Origin: a virus
Taxonomy: Duplodnaviria; Heunggongvirae; Uroviricota; Caudoviricetes
IMG/VR virus record: IMGVR_UViG_3300049460_000121
Location: 32,001 to 96,000 of that record
Reading direction: 5' to 3' (one strand)
DNA: 64,000 nt
Positions 38,406 through 48,435 of this stretch are shown one piece after another. How positions within the stretch are numbered: the stretch's first letter is position 1; every line of letters starts with the position of its first letter. The position numbers and the translations under genes are program-made. Under the pieces are notes generated by a model that worked only from the letters and a program-made list of their open reading frames with translations, was not told the DNA's origin and did no database searches.

Positions 38406-40154
38406 ATGGCTACCAACAAAACCATCCGTCGCCAACAAGCCGCAGCTGCGGCCGCAGCTGAACAGGCGGTCGCCCCGGAAACCGTTGAAGAGGTGACTGG
38501 TGATGTACTCGATACGTCGACCGAATCCGAAGTTCCGGGATCTGTTGTCATTGATCAAGACTCGGGACTTGTGGAAGGGGATCAGCCGGCTGCGGACACC
38601 GCCGAAGGATCCGACGCGCCTGAAGGCCTCGCCGAATTCTCGGAAGGTCTGGTAGGCGATGAGTCTGATGGTCCAGTGACGCGCGAGCTTGGCGACATCG
38701 TCCCTGCACCGATCCTGGACGTTGCTCAAATCCTGGCCGATCGTACCGTCAAAGACATGTACGAAGGCGCTGACGACCAACCGGAAACTCCGGCCTCTGC
38801 TGAAGAACAAGCAGCCTCTACCGCTGCGCTGCTGGAACAGGAAGCACAGCCTGAGCCTGACGCTCCAGCGGCTGGTGGTCGCATTACCGCCCTGTTGGCT
38901 CAATACACCGAGGGCGAGCAACCTGTACTCAACCCTGATGTGGGTGGTCAGATGGGTTTCGACCCAACTCTCGCTCCGGCTGGCGATGCCAAGGTAGATG
39001 AGGGTTCGGACGAACCTGTTGGCGAGTTGCCTCCACCCGAAGGTGGTGCTGAAGGCGCCGACCTTACCGCGCTGGAAGAATCGGTTGAAGACGAGCAGAC
39101 CGTTCTGGAACACGGCGACCAAGCCGCGGAGCTCGTCTCCCTGGAAGAAGTTGCTGGCGAAGTGGATTACACCACCTACAGCGATGGCCGTCTGCGTGCT
39201 GTCCTGCTGCCAATGGTTGGTCAGATTCCATCCGAAGCCTGGTCTCGTGAAGACATGCTGTTGTACCTCATCAAGGGCGTCTACCCTTCGAAGACTGGTC
39301 GCAACAACTGGATCTACGACGCCCGTCGCAGTCACCGCGTCAAGGCCTGGACTGCCAGTGAGATCCTGGACTTCATCGAAGGCAAGCTTCAACTCGGCGC
39401 TCACGTCGACGAGACCACTGCCTGGGAAGAAGCCTACGCTCGCTACAAGGCTCCGTCCAGCTGGACCATCGAAGCGTTCAAGGAATATGTATGTACCGGA
39501 TCCGTTCCTGAATATACTGCGAACGGCGTTCTGGTCAATGATCGGCAGCGTGATCAGAAGCAGGTACACCACCTGACCTTCCGTGAACTGCGGGCGGCAT
39601 TGCTCGGTAACATCGCGACCCAGTTCAAACACGAACAGCTGTTGTCCCAGTACCGCAAACGCTTGGGCATCAGCGAGTCTTACAGCGAAGAGCGTCTCCT
39701 TGCCGAGATGCCAAACCAACCCGATGAGGTCTCCATGGATAACAGTATCCTGCGCGCCAAGCTTGACGAATACAAAGTCGCAATCAGCAAGAACCCAGGC
39801 ACCCTGACCGAAGCGACTGCCGGCGCTTGCCAAGGCATGCTCTACAAGGCGATCCGCCAGGTCACCAAGCGCGAGTTCAACGAGTTCGTTGAAGGCTGGA
39901 ACATCATCCTCGACTTCGTGAACGAAAACTACACCGCTCTGTTCGACCCGTACAAAGCGCGCCGTGGCTGGTCGGAAGTGGCACTGAGCAAATCTCAGCT
40001 GCAACTGTTCGAAGACCTGATGACCGTGATCATCTCTACCCGTGAACCGGGTAACCGTGCATCGTCTCTGTCGCACAACCTCGAAATCGTCCTGCGCCAC
40101 CTGCCGGAAGAAAACGAGCGCCAGAACTTCTTCATGTACTACGCGGCTCAGTAA
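38406..40154 (+). CDS. hypothetical protein with a ~250-aa acidic disordered N-terminus
   Basis: E/D/A/P-rich N-terminus, Trp-containing helical repeats, helical C-terminal domain. Confidence 0.7.
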   Translation: MATNKTIRRQQAAAAAAAEQAVAPETVEEVTGDVLDTSTESEVPGSVVIDQDSGLVEGDQPAADTAEGSDAPEGLAEFSEGLVGDESDGPVTRELGDIVPAPILDVAQILADRTVKDMYEGADDQPETPASAEEQAASTAALLEQEAQPEPDAPAAGGRITALLAQYTEGEQPVLNPDVGGQMGFDPTLAPAGDAKVDEGSDEPVGELPPPEGGAEGADLTALEESVEDEQTVLEHGDQAAELVSLEEVAGEVDYTTYSDGRLRAVLLPMVGQIPSEAWSREDMLLYLIKGVYPSKTGRNNWIYDARRSHRVKAWTASEILDFIEGKLQLGAHVDETTAWEEAYARYKAPSSWTIEAFKEYVCTGSVPEYTANGVLVNDRQRDQKQVHHLTFRELRAALLGNIATQFKHEQLLSQYRKRLGISESYSEERLLAEMPNQPDEVSMDNSILRAKLDEYKVAISKNPGTLTEATAGACQGMLYKAIRQVTKREFNEFVEGWNIILDFVNENYTALFDPYKARRGWSEVALSKSQLQLFEDLMTVIISTREPGNRASSLSHNLEIVLRHLPEENERQNFFMYYAAQ

Positions 40155-40155
40155 C

Positions 40156-40205
40156 ACAAAAAAAGAAAGGCATACAGCCAGGGCATGGAAGCCCTGGCTG
40201 TATGC
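40156..40205. terminator. bidirectional hairpin
   Basis: GCATACAGCCAGGGC-ATGGAA-GCCCTGGCTGTATGC with an A-tract on the left. Confidence 0.85.
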
Positions 40206-40208
40206 TGT

Positions 40209-40805
40209 TTACTTCTTGTACCAGGAAGACATCGTCTTGTCGAGGCTGCGGATATGGTCAGCCATCTCGGCCGTCAATATAGCCCCTTCAGTAGCATGGC
40301 CGGCTACGAAGAAACCCAACCACAGCTTCCACCGATCGGAATCGCGGAGATTGGCCTCGGATGCGCCTGGGAAGTGATCGTGGACGTAGAAGAACGCCGT
40401 CATGAAGTCCATCAGGTTATTGGTGTCGTTGCGAGAGACCAGTAGGGTGGCCTTCGGAACTAGTAAGACGATATCGCTACCCTCATAACCGCTCTTGGTC
40501 TTCAGGGTCTGAGGTTTGACCTTGTTGCTGCGGAAGACATCATTGGTCTCCAGCCATAAAGGGTTTGCTTCCAGCTCTTGAGCGGTGCAGATACCCAGAT
40601 TGACATCCAGATAATCCTTGGCCACCTTCACCGGACCGTGCTTGGCAAACAGGTAATGGAACTTGGTAGCCGAGACGGTGGCTGGGTTAATACGGCCTGC
40701 CAGTGGTTTCTTGTGTAGGGGGTGGTGATAGTAATCAGCACCTTCAAGGCGGATTACTCGTGGACTATCGTTGACGATGATGCGGTGCAGTATTTCACGA
40801 GCCAT
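40209..40805 (-). CDS. hypothetical protein
   Basis: 198 aa, AGGA SD. Confidence 0.65.
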   Translation of the reverse strand: MAREILHRIIVNDSPRVIRLEGADYYHHPLHKKPLAGRINPATVSATKFHYLFAKHGPVKVAKDYLDVNLGICTAQELEANPLWLETNDVFRSNKVKPQTLKTKSGYEGSDIVLLVPKATLLVSRNDTNNLMDFMTAFFYVHDHFPGASEANLRDSDRWKLWLGFFVAGHATEGAILTAEMADHIRSLDKTMSSWYKK

Positions 40806-40829
40806 GGTGTTTGTTCCTAATAGACGGAA

Positions 40830-41165
40830 TTAGTAGCGGTTCTTACCTTTACCACGACGGTAGGGTAAGCCATTGGTTTTGAGTCTGGGGTTCCTGCTCT
40901 CACCACGGACCCAGAAGTCGTTGTGGGTGACAGCGGCTTCTGTACGGAGATCTTTGCCGAAGAGCATGATGTCAGTCATGTCGGTAAGTTCTGTCTGCGC
41001 GCCAGCGGCGAGGTTCGCCAAGTATTCGGCGGTAATCCGCGTACCGACGGAGACAGCGATCTGACGATTTGGGTACTTCTTTACTGTTTCGAGTAGAATG
41101 GCCGGGTCTTCACCCTCCTCGAGGTTGACGATGATCATCCCCTCGGTTTCAATCACCTCACTCAT
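40830..41165 (-). CDS. hypothetical protein with a basic C-terminal tail
   Basis: TGATG coupling; ends PYRRGKGKNRY. Confidence 0.6.
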   Translation of the reverse strand: MSEVIETEGMIIVNLEEGEDPAILLETVKKYPNRQIAVSVGTRITAEYLANLAAGAQTELTDMTDIMLFGKDLRTEAAVTHNDFWVRGESRNPRLKTNGLPYRRGKGKNRY

Positions 41166-41761
41166 CAGGGATGTCCCTTACTGGCGTGATACGCCTTAAT
41201 GGCGGCAGTGTCGGCTTCGAGTTCGTCGAACATGATTGCGAAGTAGACTGCTACATTGCGGTCAGTCATCACGGTCATGATCGTCTTACCGGCACGGCAG
41301 TCGATTGTCGTAACCCAGCCAGCCTTCCTCAGATCCTCCATAAGGCCCAACACAGGCTTTAGGAGACAAGTGAGGCTGAGATGAGGATTCTCTTCCAACG
41401 TCTTCCTGAGGATGACAGGATCGCCGACAGAGCAGCTTTTGGACTTAGCGGCGTCTGGGAAGCGGTCGAACTCCACAGTAGCGAGTACCGGGGCTTTGAA
41501 ATCAGGAGTTTGCCGGTACACGGACTGAAGGAGGAGGTAGTCTCGTTCCTGTTCGATGAGTGACAGAACCGCACGCCGTTCAGGAGGAACTGACTCCTGG
41601 AACTTCTCCAGGTTGTTGGCCAGAGTATCGTAATAGAACCTGGCCGTGCGATGAAGTTCTTCACGGTGTCTGAAGTGACTGATCAGACGAGTGAGGTAAT
41701 TGTCGATGTGGTTCAGGTAGCGCTGGGCAATGAAGCTCAGGCCAGGTTCTAATGGTTGCAT
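41165..41761 (-). CDS. hypothetical protein
   Basis: 198 aa, AGGAG SD. Confidence 0.65.
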   Translation of the reverse strand: MQPLEPGLSFIAQRYLNHIDNYLTRLISHFRHREELHRTARFYYDTLANNLEKFQESVPPERRAVLSLIEQERDYLLLQSVYRQTPDFKAPVLATVEFDRFPDAAKSKSCSVGDPVILRKTLEENPHLSLTCLLKPVLGLMEDLRKAGWVTTIDCRAGKTIMTVMTDRNVAVYFAIMFDELEADTAAIKAYHASKGHP

Positions 41762-41763
41762 GG

Positions 41764-42135
41764 TTAACTCTCCTGCTTGATATCAGCAATGGCATAGATC
41801 AGGGCACGGGGTGGATGTTGATCCAACTCGAGTTTGACTTTGAGTTTCATGTTGGTGCACGGGGATTCCCGCCGACCAGAGTAGACGGTACTCATTATGG
41901 CCAGGTGTTCGCGAGCGCGCATCTGTTCGTATTCATTGAGGTCGTCGTAGTTCTCGACATGGACTGGGATGGTGTCGCCTTTCATGAACGTCAACAGGCC
42001 TTCGGCGTAACCGACCATGAAACCCAGCTTATTGGCGGATTCTATCGGGTCAGCGTTGAGGTTCATTTCCATCTGTTCGTTGGTAGTGTCACGACCGGGA
42101 ACTTCTTTGCGAATGCACAGCACTGGGTGAGTCAT
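41764..42135 (-). CDS. hypothetical protein
   Basis: 123 aa, AAGGA SD. Confidence 0.6.
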   Translation of the reverse strand: MTHPVLCIRKEVPGRDTTNEQMEMNLNADPIESANKLGFMVGYAEGLLTFMKGDTIPVHVENYDDLNEYEQMRAREHLAIMSTVYSGRRESPCTNMKLKVKLELDQHPPRALIYAIADIKQES

Positions 42136-42157
42136 TGACTATTCCTTGAGAATTGGG

Positions 42158-42183
42158 GCATAAAGCCGGAGTTTCCTCCGGCT
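42158..42183 (-). terminator. hairpin followed by TTTATGC
   Basis: AGCCGGAG-GAAA-CTCCGGCT after the helicase stop. Confidence 0.7.
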
Positions 42184-42189
42184 CTTGCG

Positions 42190-43710
42190 TTACACACTGA
42201 TCGGCGCTTGCTCAGTTCCATGGTACAGAACTTTTCCAGCGAAGGCGGCCAATTTTGCTTCGTGATAACGGACATGTTTATCGATCGAAGTACAGACGAA
42301 GTACAGGAATTGCGGGGTACAGTCTGGCCAGCCTTTCAGTCGCCGTGTCCGGCCAAGAGTTTGTTCGTTCGACTGCTGGGAGTTGATCGCCGTGGTCATC
42401 AGACCGATACGCAAGTTCTTGATATCTACAGCCGTACCGGCTGAGAGTACAGTACTGATGACGACATCGGATTCTTCAAACACGGACATCTTGTCGCCAG
42501 AGACATACCGACCGATGACCAGGTTCGGAAACTTCTTCTGGAGGTACTTCTGCACCAACGTACAGAACTTAACCGTACCACAGAAGACCAGCATCTTCTG
42601 ACCCTTCTCCATGACCTTGACGAACTTGTCGTCCACAGCCCAATGGATAAGATCCAGGTAGTTCTTGAGTTCCACCCGGTTCTTGGCTTGCATCATCGAG
42701 GCTTCGTACGCGGTGTGGTTGTAAGCCCCACCGAAACCTTTCCAACGCAGGTTCTTAGGCCGATTCAATTGGTACTTGATGGCAGTCACGTTGATGTACA
42801 CGTCGTAATAGTCGCCGTTAAAGCGCTCATTCCGAGGATACATCAACTCGTACATCTTGGTCATGAAGGCATCCATGGTATCCAGGGTTGCCGACAACGT
42901 GACGAACTTCGGGATGTGGGTGTAGCAAAACAGCTTCATTACCTGATGGGGGTTTTGATGCCCTTCGTCAAGTGCCGCCATCCCAATGTTCAGACGACTG
43001 AAGAACTCACCCGGCGCAATCGGATAGGTCTCCGTTACGCCGTGTTCCTCGAAGTCCTTGATGTACGCTGAATAGGTGTTGATGGAGATGAAGATAGCCG
43101 TGGCTCGATCCAACTCCCCATCAATTGCCATGTGCATGATGGCCGATAGCGATTTACCACCGCGTACCACCAGCAACTCACCAGCCTTAAAATGGAAAGA
43201 CTCTTCCATGTCAGGCGTCCATCGATCAATAAACCCACCCTTCATGAAGAAGCAAGACCGCAGCCCCAGTTGGTTCATGGAGTACTTCGTTAAGAAGGTC
43301 TTCCCTTTACCGGTCTGGAGTGTAACAATCTTATTGGTGCCCTCAGAGAGGATGTGATCGATGATCTTGGGTTGTGGATCCCTTGGCTCAGGGAGATCCT
43401 TAACTTTGAACTTAACCCTGTGCCGATCTTCCACGGCAAAGGAGTGTCTGTGGATCACGTACTCAGATTCGCGGATCTGGTTGTAGGAGACGTGGTCCAA
43501 GAACGGTTGAAGTGCGTTAATGTGTAAGCGATAGTAGTTCCGGCCGATGTCCGCCGATGCAAATACCTTCGCTGCCCGGTAGGACTTCACACCCTCCGTG
43601 ATCACCATTTCGAACTGAACCAACCCACGGCAGAAGGAATCAATCACCTTCTTGTGGATATGGCTAGGCTCTGTGATCATGAAGCAGTGACTATATACAT
43701 CGATCTTCAT
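42190..43710 (-). CDS. SF2 DExH helicase (phiKZ gp75-like)
   Basis: TGKGKT Walker A, DEGH, SAT and QTLGRTRR motif VI. Confidence 0.92.
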   Translation of the reverse strand: MKIDVYSHCFMITEPSHIHKKVIDSFCRGLVQFEMVITEGVKSYRAAKVFASADIGRNYYRLHINALQPFLDHVSYNQIRESEYVIHRHSFAVEDRHRVKFKVKDLPEPRDPQPKIIDHILSEGTNKIVTLQTGKGKTFLTKYSMNQLGLRSCFFMKGGFIDRWTPDMEESFHFKAGELLVVRGGKSLSAIMHMAIDGELDRATAIFISINTYSAYIKDFEEHGVTETYPIAPGEFFSRLNIGMAALDEGHQNPHQVMKLFCYTHIPKFVTLSATLDTMDAFMTKMYELMYPRNERFNGDYYDVYINVTAIKYQLNRPKNLRWKGFGGAYNHTAYEASMMQAKNRVELKNYLDLIHWAVDDKFVKVMEKGQKMLVFCGTVKFCTLVQKYLQKKFPNLVIGRYVSGDKMSVFEESDVVISTVLSAGTAVDIKNLRIGLMTTAINSQQSNEQTLGRTRRLKGWPDCTPQFLYFVCTSIDKHVRYHEAKLAAFAGKVLYHGTEQAPISV

Positions 43711-43789
43711 CTATCATCCCTTTCACCTAACACCTGTAGGACCCCCTGACGCCACCAGAGGGAGAAGGCGGGTTACCCCGCCATACTAC

Positions 43790-45757
43790 CTACAGAGGTA
43801 AAATCAACGGGTCAAGCAGGTGCTGAGGCCGATCAGTGTTCAAGTACTGTCCAACTTTGGTCAACTGTTCAGCGCCGCCCTGGTATGCAAACAACGCACC
43901 CAGAGAGCCACCATTGATGACCTCGTCGTATTTAGCGAAGCGGATAGGCTGACCTACCTCTGGGATCTTGTAATGCCCAGTGCCGACGGCAGGCACCATA
44001 AGCGCCAACATAACAACTGCCAAATGTGTGAAATGAACATGTACCTTTGGCTGGATCAAACCGTGCAGGTCCAGGAGTGCTTCCACCGGGTCCGTATACT
44101 GCCGGAGTTGGCGGAGCTGACCCAGGTGTCGGGATGAGTCATCGTGGGTGGACCGGATAAACACTTCAACTTCTGCTGCGAAGTCTTTCATGCTGACGTG
44201 TTTGTTCGGCAGTTCAAAGACTGGTCGAGTGAAGTCCCAGTCACTCAGATCGATGTGGTACATCGCATCGTCCTGAATACTGAAGCCTTTCTTCAAGAAC
44301 CAACGCAGGAACTCATTGGTCAAGTACGACATCCGTGCACCACGGCTGACCGATACGTGATAACGCACTGGTCGCTTGGTGTTGGAAGGGATCTCGAAGC
44401 TAATATCCCGGAACTGGGAATGTTTCGCCGCAGACATGCCTTCCTGAACGTCGGCCTTCTTGAGGATAGGGAGTTTCGATGCACACGCTGCCCGAGCCTT
44501 TGGGGTGCTCCGCAACAACAACGTAATTCCCTTTTCCTTGAGACGCGGGTTGAGGATGATCTGGTTGAGTTCCTTGCCGGGGAGGATGTACTCCCGCTCA
44601 CCAGAGTTGATCTTGATCGCTTCGGAGACCGTGGAGGATTCCGAGTGCTTCACCTTCAGTACCCGTTGGGATACCTCGGACTGCGTCTTGGTGGACGCGA
44701 TGTGACCGATGTTGGCCCCGTACGGGACGTTATACGCCAGATCACCGTAGCACACGGAGCAGACGCAGTTCATGTGGCGGTGACGGCAGTTGAACGCCAG
44801 ACGGAACTCGAGCTTCTGATCGATCAGTTTCCGATCAGTCTGTTCCAGTGCCCGCAGTTTCCCAGACATGGGGTCTCGGAAGTACAAGCCCAACATCGAC
44901 TTGAACCGATCTGCCGTGACTTCGATCTCGGACAGGTAGTCGGCGCCGCAGTCACCCATCACCAACAGATCCACCCGCTGGGAGGTGAACTGGAGTTTAC
45001 GGTTGGCGTATTCCGTTTGTTCCAACGGAGCGCCCGTAAAGATGATCGACTTACCAGCCAGGGTCGATTCCATCATGGCTTCTGCCGGATCGTGGATCCC
45101 AGCAAAGTAGTTGCCCATGATTGGCGTCTTATAGATGAAGTCATCGATGTCGGTGTTTGCACCCCGTACGCCGATGATCTGGAGCAACTGCTCCATCTTC
45201 ATGATGCCACACCGCAGGTCACTGACCACCGGGTTGCGAGAGATCGACATGTCGTGGAGAAGGATATCCTCCAGCAACTTCTGACCTTTCGCAATCGATG
45301 CATCATTCTTCTTGATGCCTTCCCGCGCCTCTTTGATTGGAGGGTGATTGTAAAGCCGCAGATAGTGGAACGAGTTCACACTCCGAACGTATTCGGAGTA
45401 GTCCACGATCGCGGTGTTGAACAAACGCTCTTCGGCCTTGTAAATCCAGTACCAGAGTTCCTCACGGTTGTAATTACCCGTGCCGTAGATCTCCTGCATG
45501 TCGCGGGCTACCGCTGACAGAAGACCCTGGACCACCTTGTTAGGCATCGGTCCTTTCGGAATAACGTGGCGTTTCAACAGCGGAAGTTGGTTGTACTGCT
45601 CGTGCGGAAGCCAGAGCATTTTACTGACCTCCATCCGAGCCGTTGTCACAACCTCGTTGGTACCATCATCGAATTCCAGCATGAAGCGTTCGTTGTATTC
45701 GCATTTCCACATATCGCGTGGGGTATCGAAGAAATGGCGTACATGGAACTGACGCAT
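43790..45757 (-). CDS. rpoC: non-virion RNA polymerase beta' C-terminal subunit (phiKZ gp74-like)
   Basis: GDCG, CRH..CVCSVCYG Zn site, and NIGHIAS...SQRVLKVKH trigger-loop equivalent. Confidence 0.88.
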   Translation of the reverse strand: MRQFHVRHFFDTPRDMWKCEYNERFMLEFDDGTNEVVTTARMEVSKMLWLPHEQYNQLPLLKRHVIPKGPMPNKVVQGLLSAVARDMQEIYGTGNYNREELWYWIYKAEERLFNTAIVDYSEYVRSVNSFHYLRLYNHPPIKEAREGIKKNDASIAKGQKLLEDILLHDMSISRNPVVSDLRCGIMKMEQLLQIIGVRGANTDIDDFIYKTPIMGNYFAGIHDPAEAMMESTLAGKSIIFTGAPLEQTEYANRKLQFTSQRVDLLVMGDCGADYLSEIEVTADRFKSMLGLYFRDPMSGKLRALEQTDRKLIDQKLEFRLAFNCRHRHMNCVCSVCYGDLAYNVPYGANIGHIASTKTQSEVSQRVLKVKHSESSTVSEAIKINSGEREYILPGKELNQIILNPRLKEKGITLLLRSTPKARAACASKLPILKKADVQEGMSAAKHSQFRDISFEIPSNTKRPVRYHVSVSRGARMSYLTNEFLRWFLKKGFSIQDDAMYHIDLSDWDFTRPVFELPNKHVSMKDFAAEVEVFIRSTHDDSSRHLGQLRQLRQYTDPVEALLDLHGLIQPKVHVHFTHLAVVMLALMVPAVGTGHYKIPEVGQPIRFAKYDEVINGGSLGALFAYQGGAEQLTKVGQYLNTDRPQHLLDPLILPL

Positions 45758-45788
45758 TCGGTAACTCCTTGGTGAATGGTACTCCCGC

Positions 45789-47972
45789 TTAGTCGCGGGA
45801 GATGTTCTTGCCGGAAACGATCAACTGGTGGATAGCAAACGCCAGAGGGCGATGTCCACCCAACTTGAACTTCTCGCGGTCGATGACACGTTCGATGTTA
45901 GTTGGCTGTTCAGCCGTGAGGATGTTGTAGCAAACCTCTTTGTGGGCAGTTGGGTTGTTGTTCAGGTCCATGATGTCGGCGATTACTTCCGCCCCCATTG
46001 CATGAGCCATGTTCCGGACAGTGGATTCGTCCATAGACCGGGTTACGGTCTGACGGCCAGGCGACGAGTACTTGTCCTGGTTGGTAAGACGGGCAGTAGT
46101 GCCGAAGTGGCTGGTCTTGGAGGAACTGACACCCGACCAGTCGGTCGCAGTCTTTTCCAGGATCAGGTAGTAGTTCGGACCGATCAGGATTGGCTCCTTG
46201 GTCGTTACCATCTTCCCACTATGGTCACGGTAGGTAACGCAGGTGATCTCTGGCGCGTACGGTCCATTCTCCAGCTGTTCCAGTACCTTGTCCATATGGA
46301 CGCCGGACGTAGATGGCAGGTTGAAGTAAGTACCCCACGGCTCGTCACCGTCTTTGATAACCTGAGCCAAGTGACGCAACCAGCGCTCGGTAGTCTTGAC
46401 GTGTGGCTTGGACAACGCCTTGAAGTTCTCGTTCGGTGCTACGATCTTGTACCAACCCATCAGGTACTCGAACCGTTCATCCGCAATGTCGCGGTTGGCT
46501 GGGTCAAACACCACGTCGTTGATCTCATCCATGGAAATGTATCCCATGTCTGGCAGATCGAATACACGACGGATACGCTTGATCACGTCCCGACCTGCCG
46601 CACCTACCATTTGTTCGTGGATCAGCCCTGGGTTCATCCGGTTACCGACTGATGTGCAGAGCGCCATTACCTCAGAGCGGTTGCCATTCTGGTCGATTGG
46701 CATGTCAGCATCAGGACGCACTTCACCGGACACCCCCTTGTTACCGTGCATGCCGGTACCTTTGGAGCCTTCCTTTACCTGAGCCAGGTATTCGTACGTT
46801 ACTTCAACACGATACTCGTCGAGCGTCTCGCCACGATAACGGCGGTTGACTTCCAGAGCAGCGGTTTGACCTTCATACGGCCACAGGCCTTCATCCAACA
46901 GATCTTTACCGCAGAAAGCGAATGCTTCGTACAACAAGGCATTCAAACGCATCGACAAGTTAGGACGGGCTGTCATGTACTTGCCGGAACGTTTCAGCGA
47001 GGTCTTGATGATTTCCATGTAGTAACGTTTGTCAGCCTGATAGTACCGGTCGAGTTGTTTCACCAACTCTTCTGGCAAGCGACGATCGCGTACCGACTCG
47101 TTGCGCACTACCTTGATGTCAACTACCACCGCATCAGGCACGCCATACACTGGCGTATCCATCCCGTACACCGGCTTCAACAGCTTCTTCGCCGACATGT
47201 ACACAGCGTCCAGGATCGGATCGTATGGACGCATGGCACACAGCAGGCCATTGGAATGGATCTTATCGCCTACATCTGGCAAGACCTTACATTCAGTGGT
47301 GGTGCCGTAGGCGTTGATCGGATAGTGAGTCCGGCCAAAGCCAAAGGTCCGACTTTCATAGCCAGTGGTCTGAATACGCTTGGCGTACGATTCGCTATAT
47401 ACCAGCGCATCTTCAGTTACCGCTGGATCAGTGATCAGGATGACGTTGGTTTCCAACCCTGGCATGTAGTCACCGTCTTCGGTGACGTTAGGACTTCGCA
47501 TCAGGATTGTGCCGGCTTCGAACGTTGGCTTGTTCGTGTTCCGCAACTTGTCCATCAGGTCTTCGTTTTCAACATAACGGAAACCATAGTGCTGGTGCAT
47601 TACGTGGAACTTCGACAACTCCAGCACGTCCAGTTGGCCGGATTCGTAGTTCTCAAAGATAACGATGTCCAACGGGTTGATTTTGAACTCCCCGTGGATA
47701 CCGTCATTCTTAAATCGGGGGATGACCGCCAATACCATCGCATCCACATCGAACTGGTGGCGGAAGGTGGCTTTGGCCAGTTCTTTCTCCAGCGCTGAAC
47801 GCTGACGTTTACGGGTACGTCCTACCACGGACAATTCTTGCGTGCGGTTACCGGTGTACATCACCTGCCGTGCTGCGGACACGTAAGGGAAGTACGGGTT
47901 AGAGCCGCTCACCGGGACCATCTCAATCGGGATTTCTTTCGGCGGCAACATCTCTTGTGACGAGTCCATCAC
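45789..47972 (-). CDS. rpoB: non-virion RNA polymerase beta C-terminal subunit (phiKZ gp71-73-like), uninterrupted
   Basis: GSKGTGMHGNKG, DMPIDQNG, NRMNPG and GPNYYLILEK. Confidence 0.92.
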   Translation of the reverse strand: MMDSSQEMLPPKEIPIEMVPVSGSNPYFPYVSAARQVMYTGNRTQELSVVGRTRKRQRSALEKELAKATFRHQFDVDAMVLAVIPRFKNDGIHGEFKINPLDIVIFENYESGQLDVLELSKFHVMHQHYGFRYVENEDLMDKLRNTNKPTFEAGTILMRSPNVTEDGDYMPGLETNVILITDPAVTEDALVYSESYAKRIQTTGYESRTFGFGRTHYPINAYGTTTECKVLPDVGDKIHSNGLLCAMRPYDPILDAVYMSAKKLLKPVYGMDTPVYGVPDAVVVDIKVVRNESVRDRRLPEELVKQLDRYYQADKRYYMEIIKTSLKRSGKYMTARPNLSMRLNALLYEAFAFCGKDLLDEGLWPYEGQTAALEVNRRYRGETLDEYRVEVTYEYLAQVKEGSKGTGMHGNKGVSGEVRPDADMPIDQNGNRSEVMALCTSVGNRMNPGLIHEQMVGAAGRDVIKRIRRVFDLPDMGYISMDEINDVVFDPANRDIADERFEYLMGWYKIVAPNENFKALSKPHVKTTERWLRHLAQVIKDGDEPWGTYFNLPSTSGVHMDKVLEQLENGPYAPEITCVTYRDHSGKMVTTKEPILIGPNYYLILEKTATDWSGVSSSKTSHFGTTARLTNQDKYSSPGRQTVTRSMDESTVRNMAHAMGAEVIADIMDLNNNPTAHKEVCYNILTAEQPTNIERVIDREKFKLGGHRPLAFAIHQLIVSGKNISRD

Positions 47973-48008
47973 TATCTCCTACTGCTTTAGTGAATGAGGT
48001 TCAATCTG

Positions 48009-48028
48009 ATAATGTATGTCTGCAATTT
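48009..48028 (-). promoter_or_regulatory. putative early promoter for the nvRNAP beta/beta' genes
   Basis: minus strand AAATTGCAGACATACATTAT. Confidence 0.65.
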
Positions 48029-48040
48029 AAAGGAGTATTC

Positions 48041-48376
48041 ATGGCCAGTACGTTAGATAACGCAATGATCACAGTCCCGTCGGAATATACCCTGTCGGAC
48101 GAGTACAAGGCGTTCGTGGAATCCATCATCCCCACACTGAGGAATGAGCCGTCCACAAACCTCTTGACGGTGCCAGTGGAAACGGGCTACTTGTTCCGTT
48201 ACGACCTGACATCCTTCTTACTCGATCAAAAAGTAGCCATTGAAGACCATCTGGTGATCATCCGGCTGAATGACCTTAACGGCCCTCAAGACTTCGACGA
48301 ACACACCACCAAACTATTGATCCCGGATCAGCAGTTTCTTGGTCAGCTCAAACAAGTCTATCGCACCCGTATTTAG
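48041..48376 (+). CDS. small LysM-like / T4 gp53-like baseplate protein
   Basis: AAGGAG SD before ATG 48041; IIRLNDLNGP...LLIPD pattern. Confidence 0.55.
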   Translation: MASTLDNAMITVPSEYTLSDEYKAFVESIIPTLRNEPSTNLLTVPVETGYLFRYDLTSFLLDQKVAIEDHLVIIRLNDLNGPQDFDEHTTKLLIPDQQFLGQLKQVYRTRI

Positions 48377-48425
48377 ACAAAAGAAAAGTGGATAGAGGAG
48401 GGTTTGACCCCTCCTCTATTTATGC
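48377..48425. terminator. bidirectional hairpin
   Basis: ATAGAGGAGGG/CCCTCCTCTAT; TTTATGC to the right, A-tracts to the left. Confidence 0.8.
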
Positions 48426-48435
48426 CGCTACCTGA

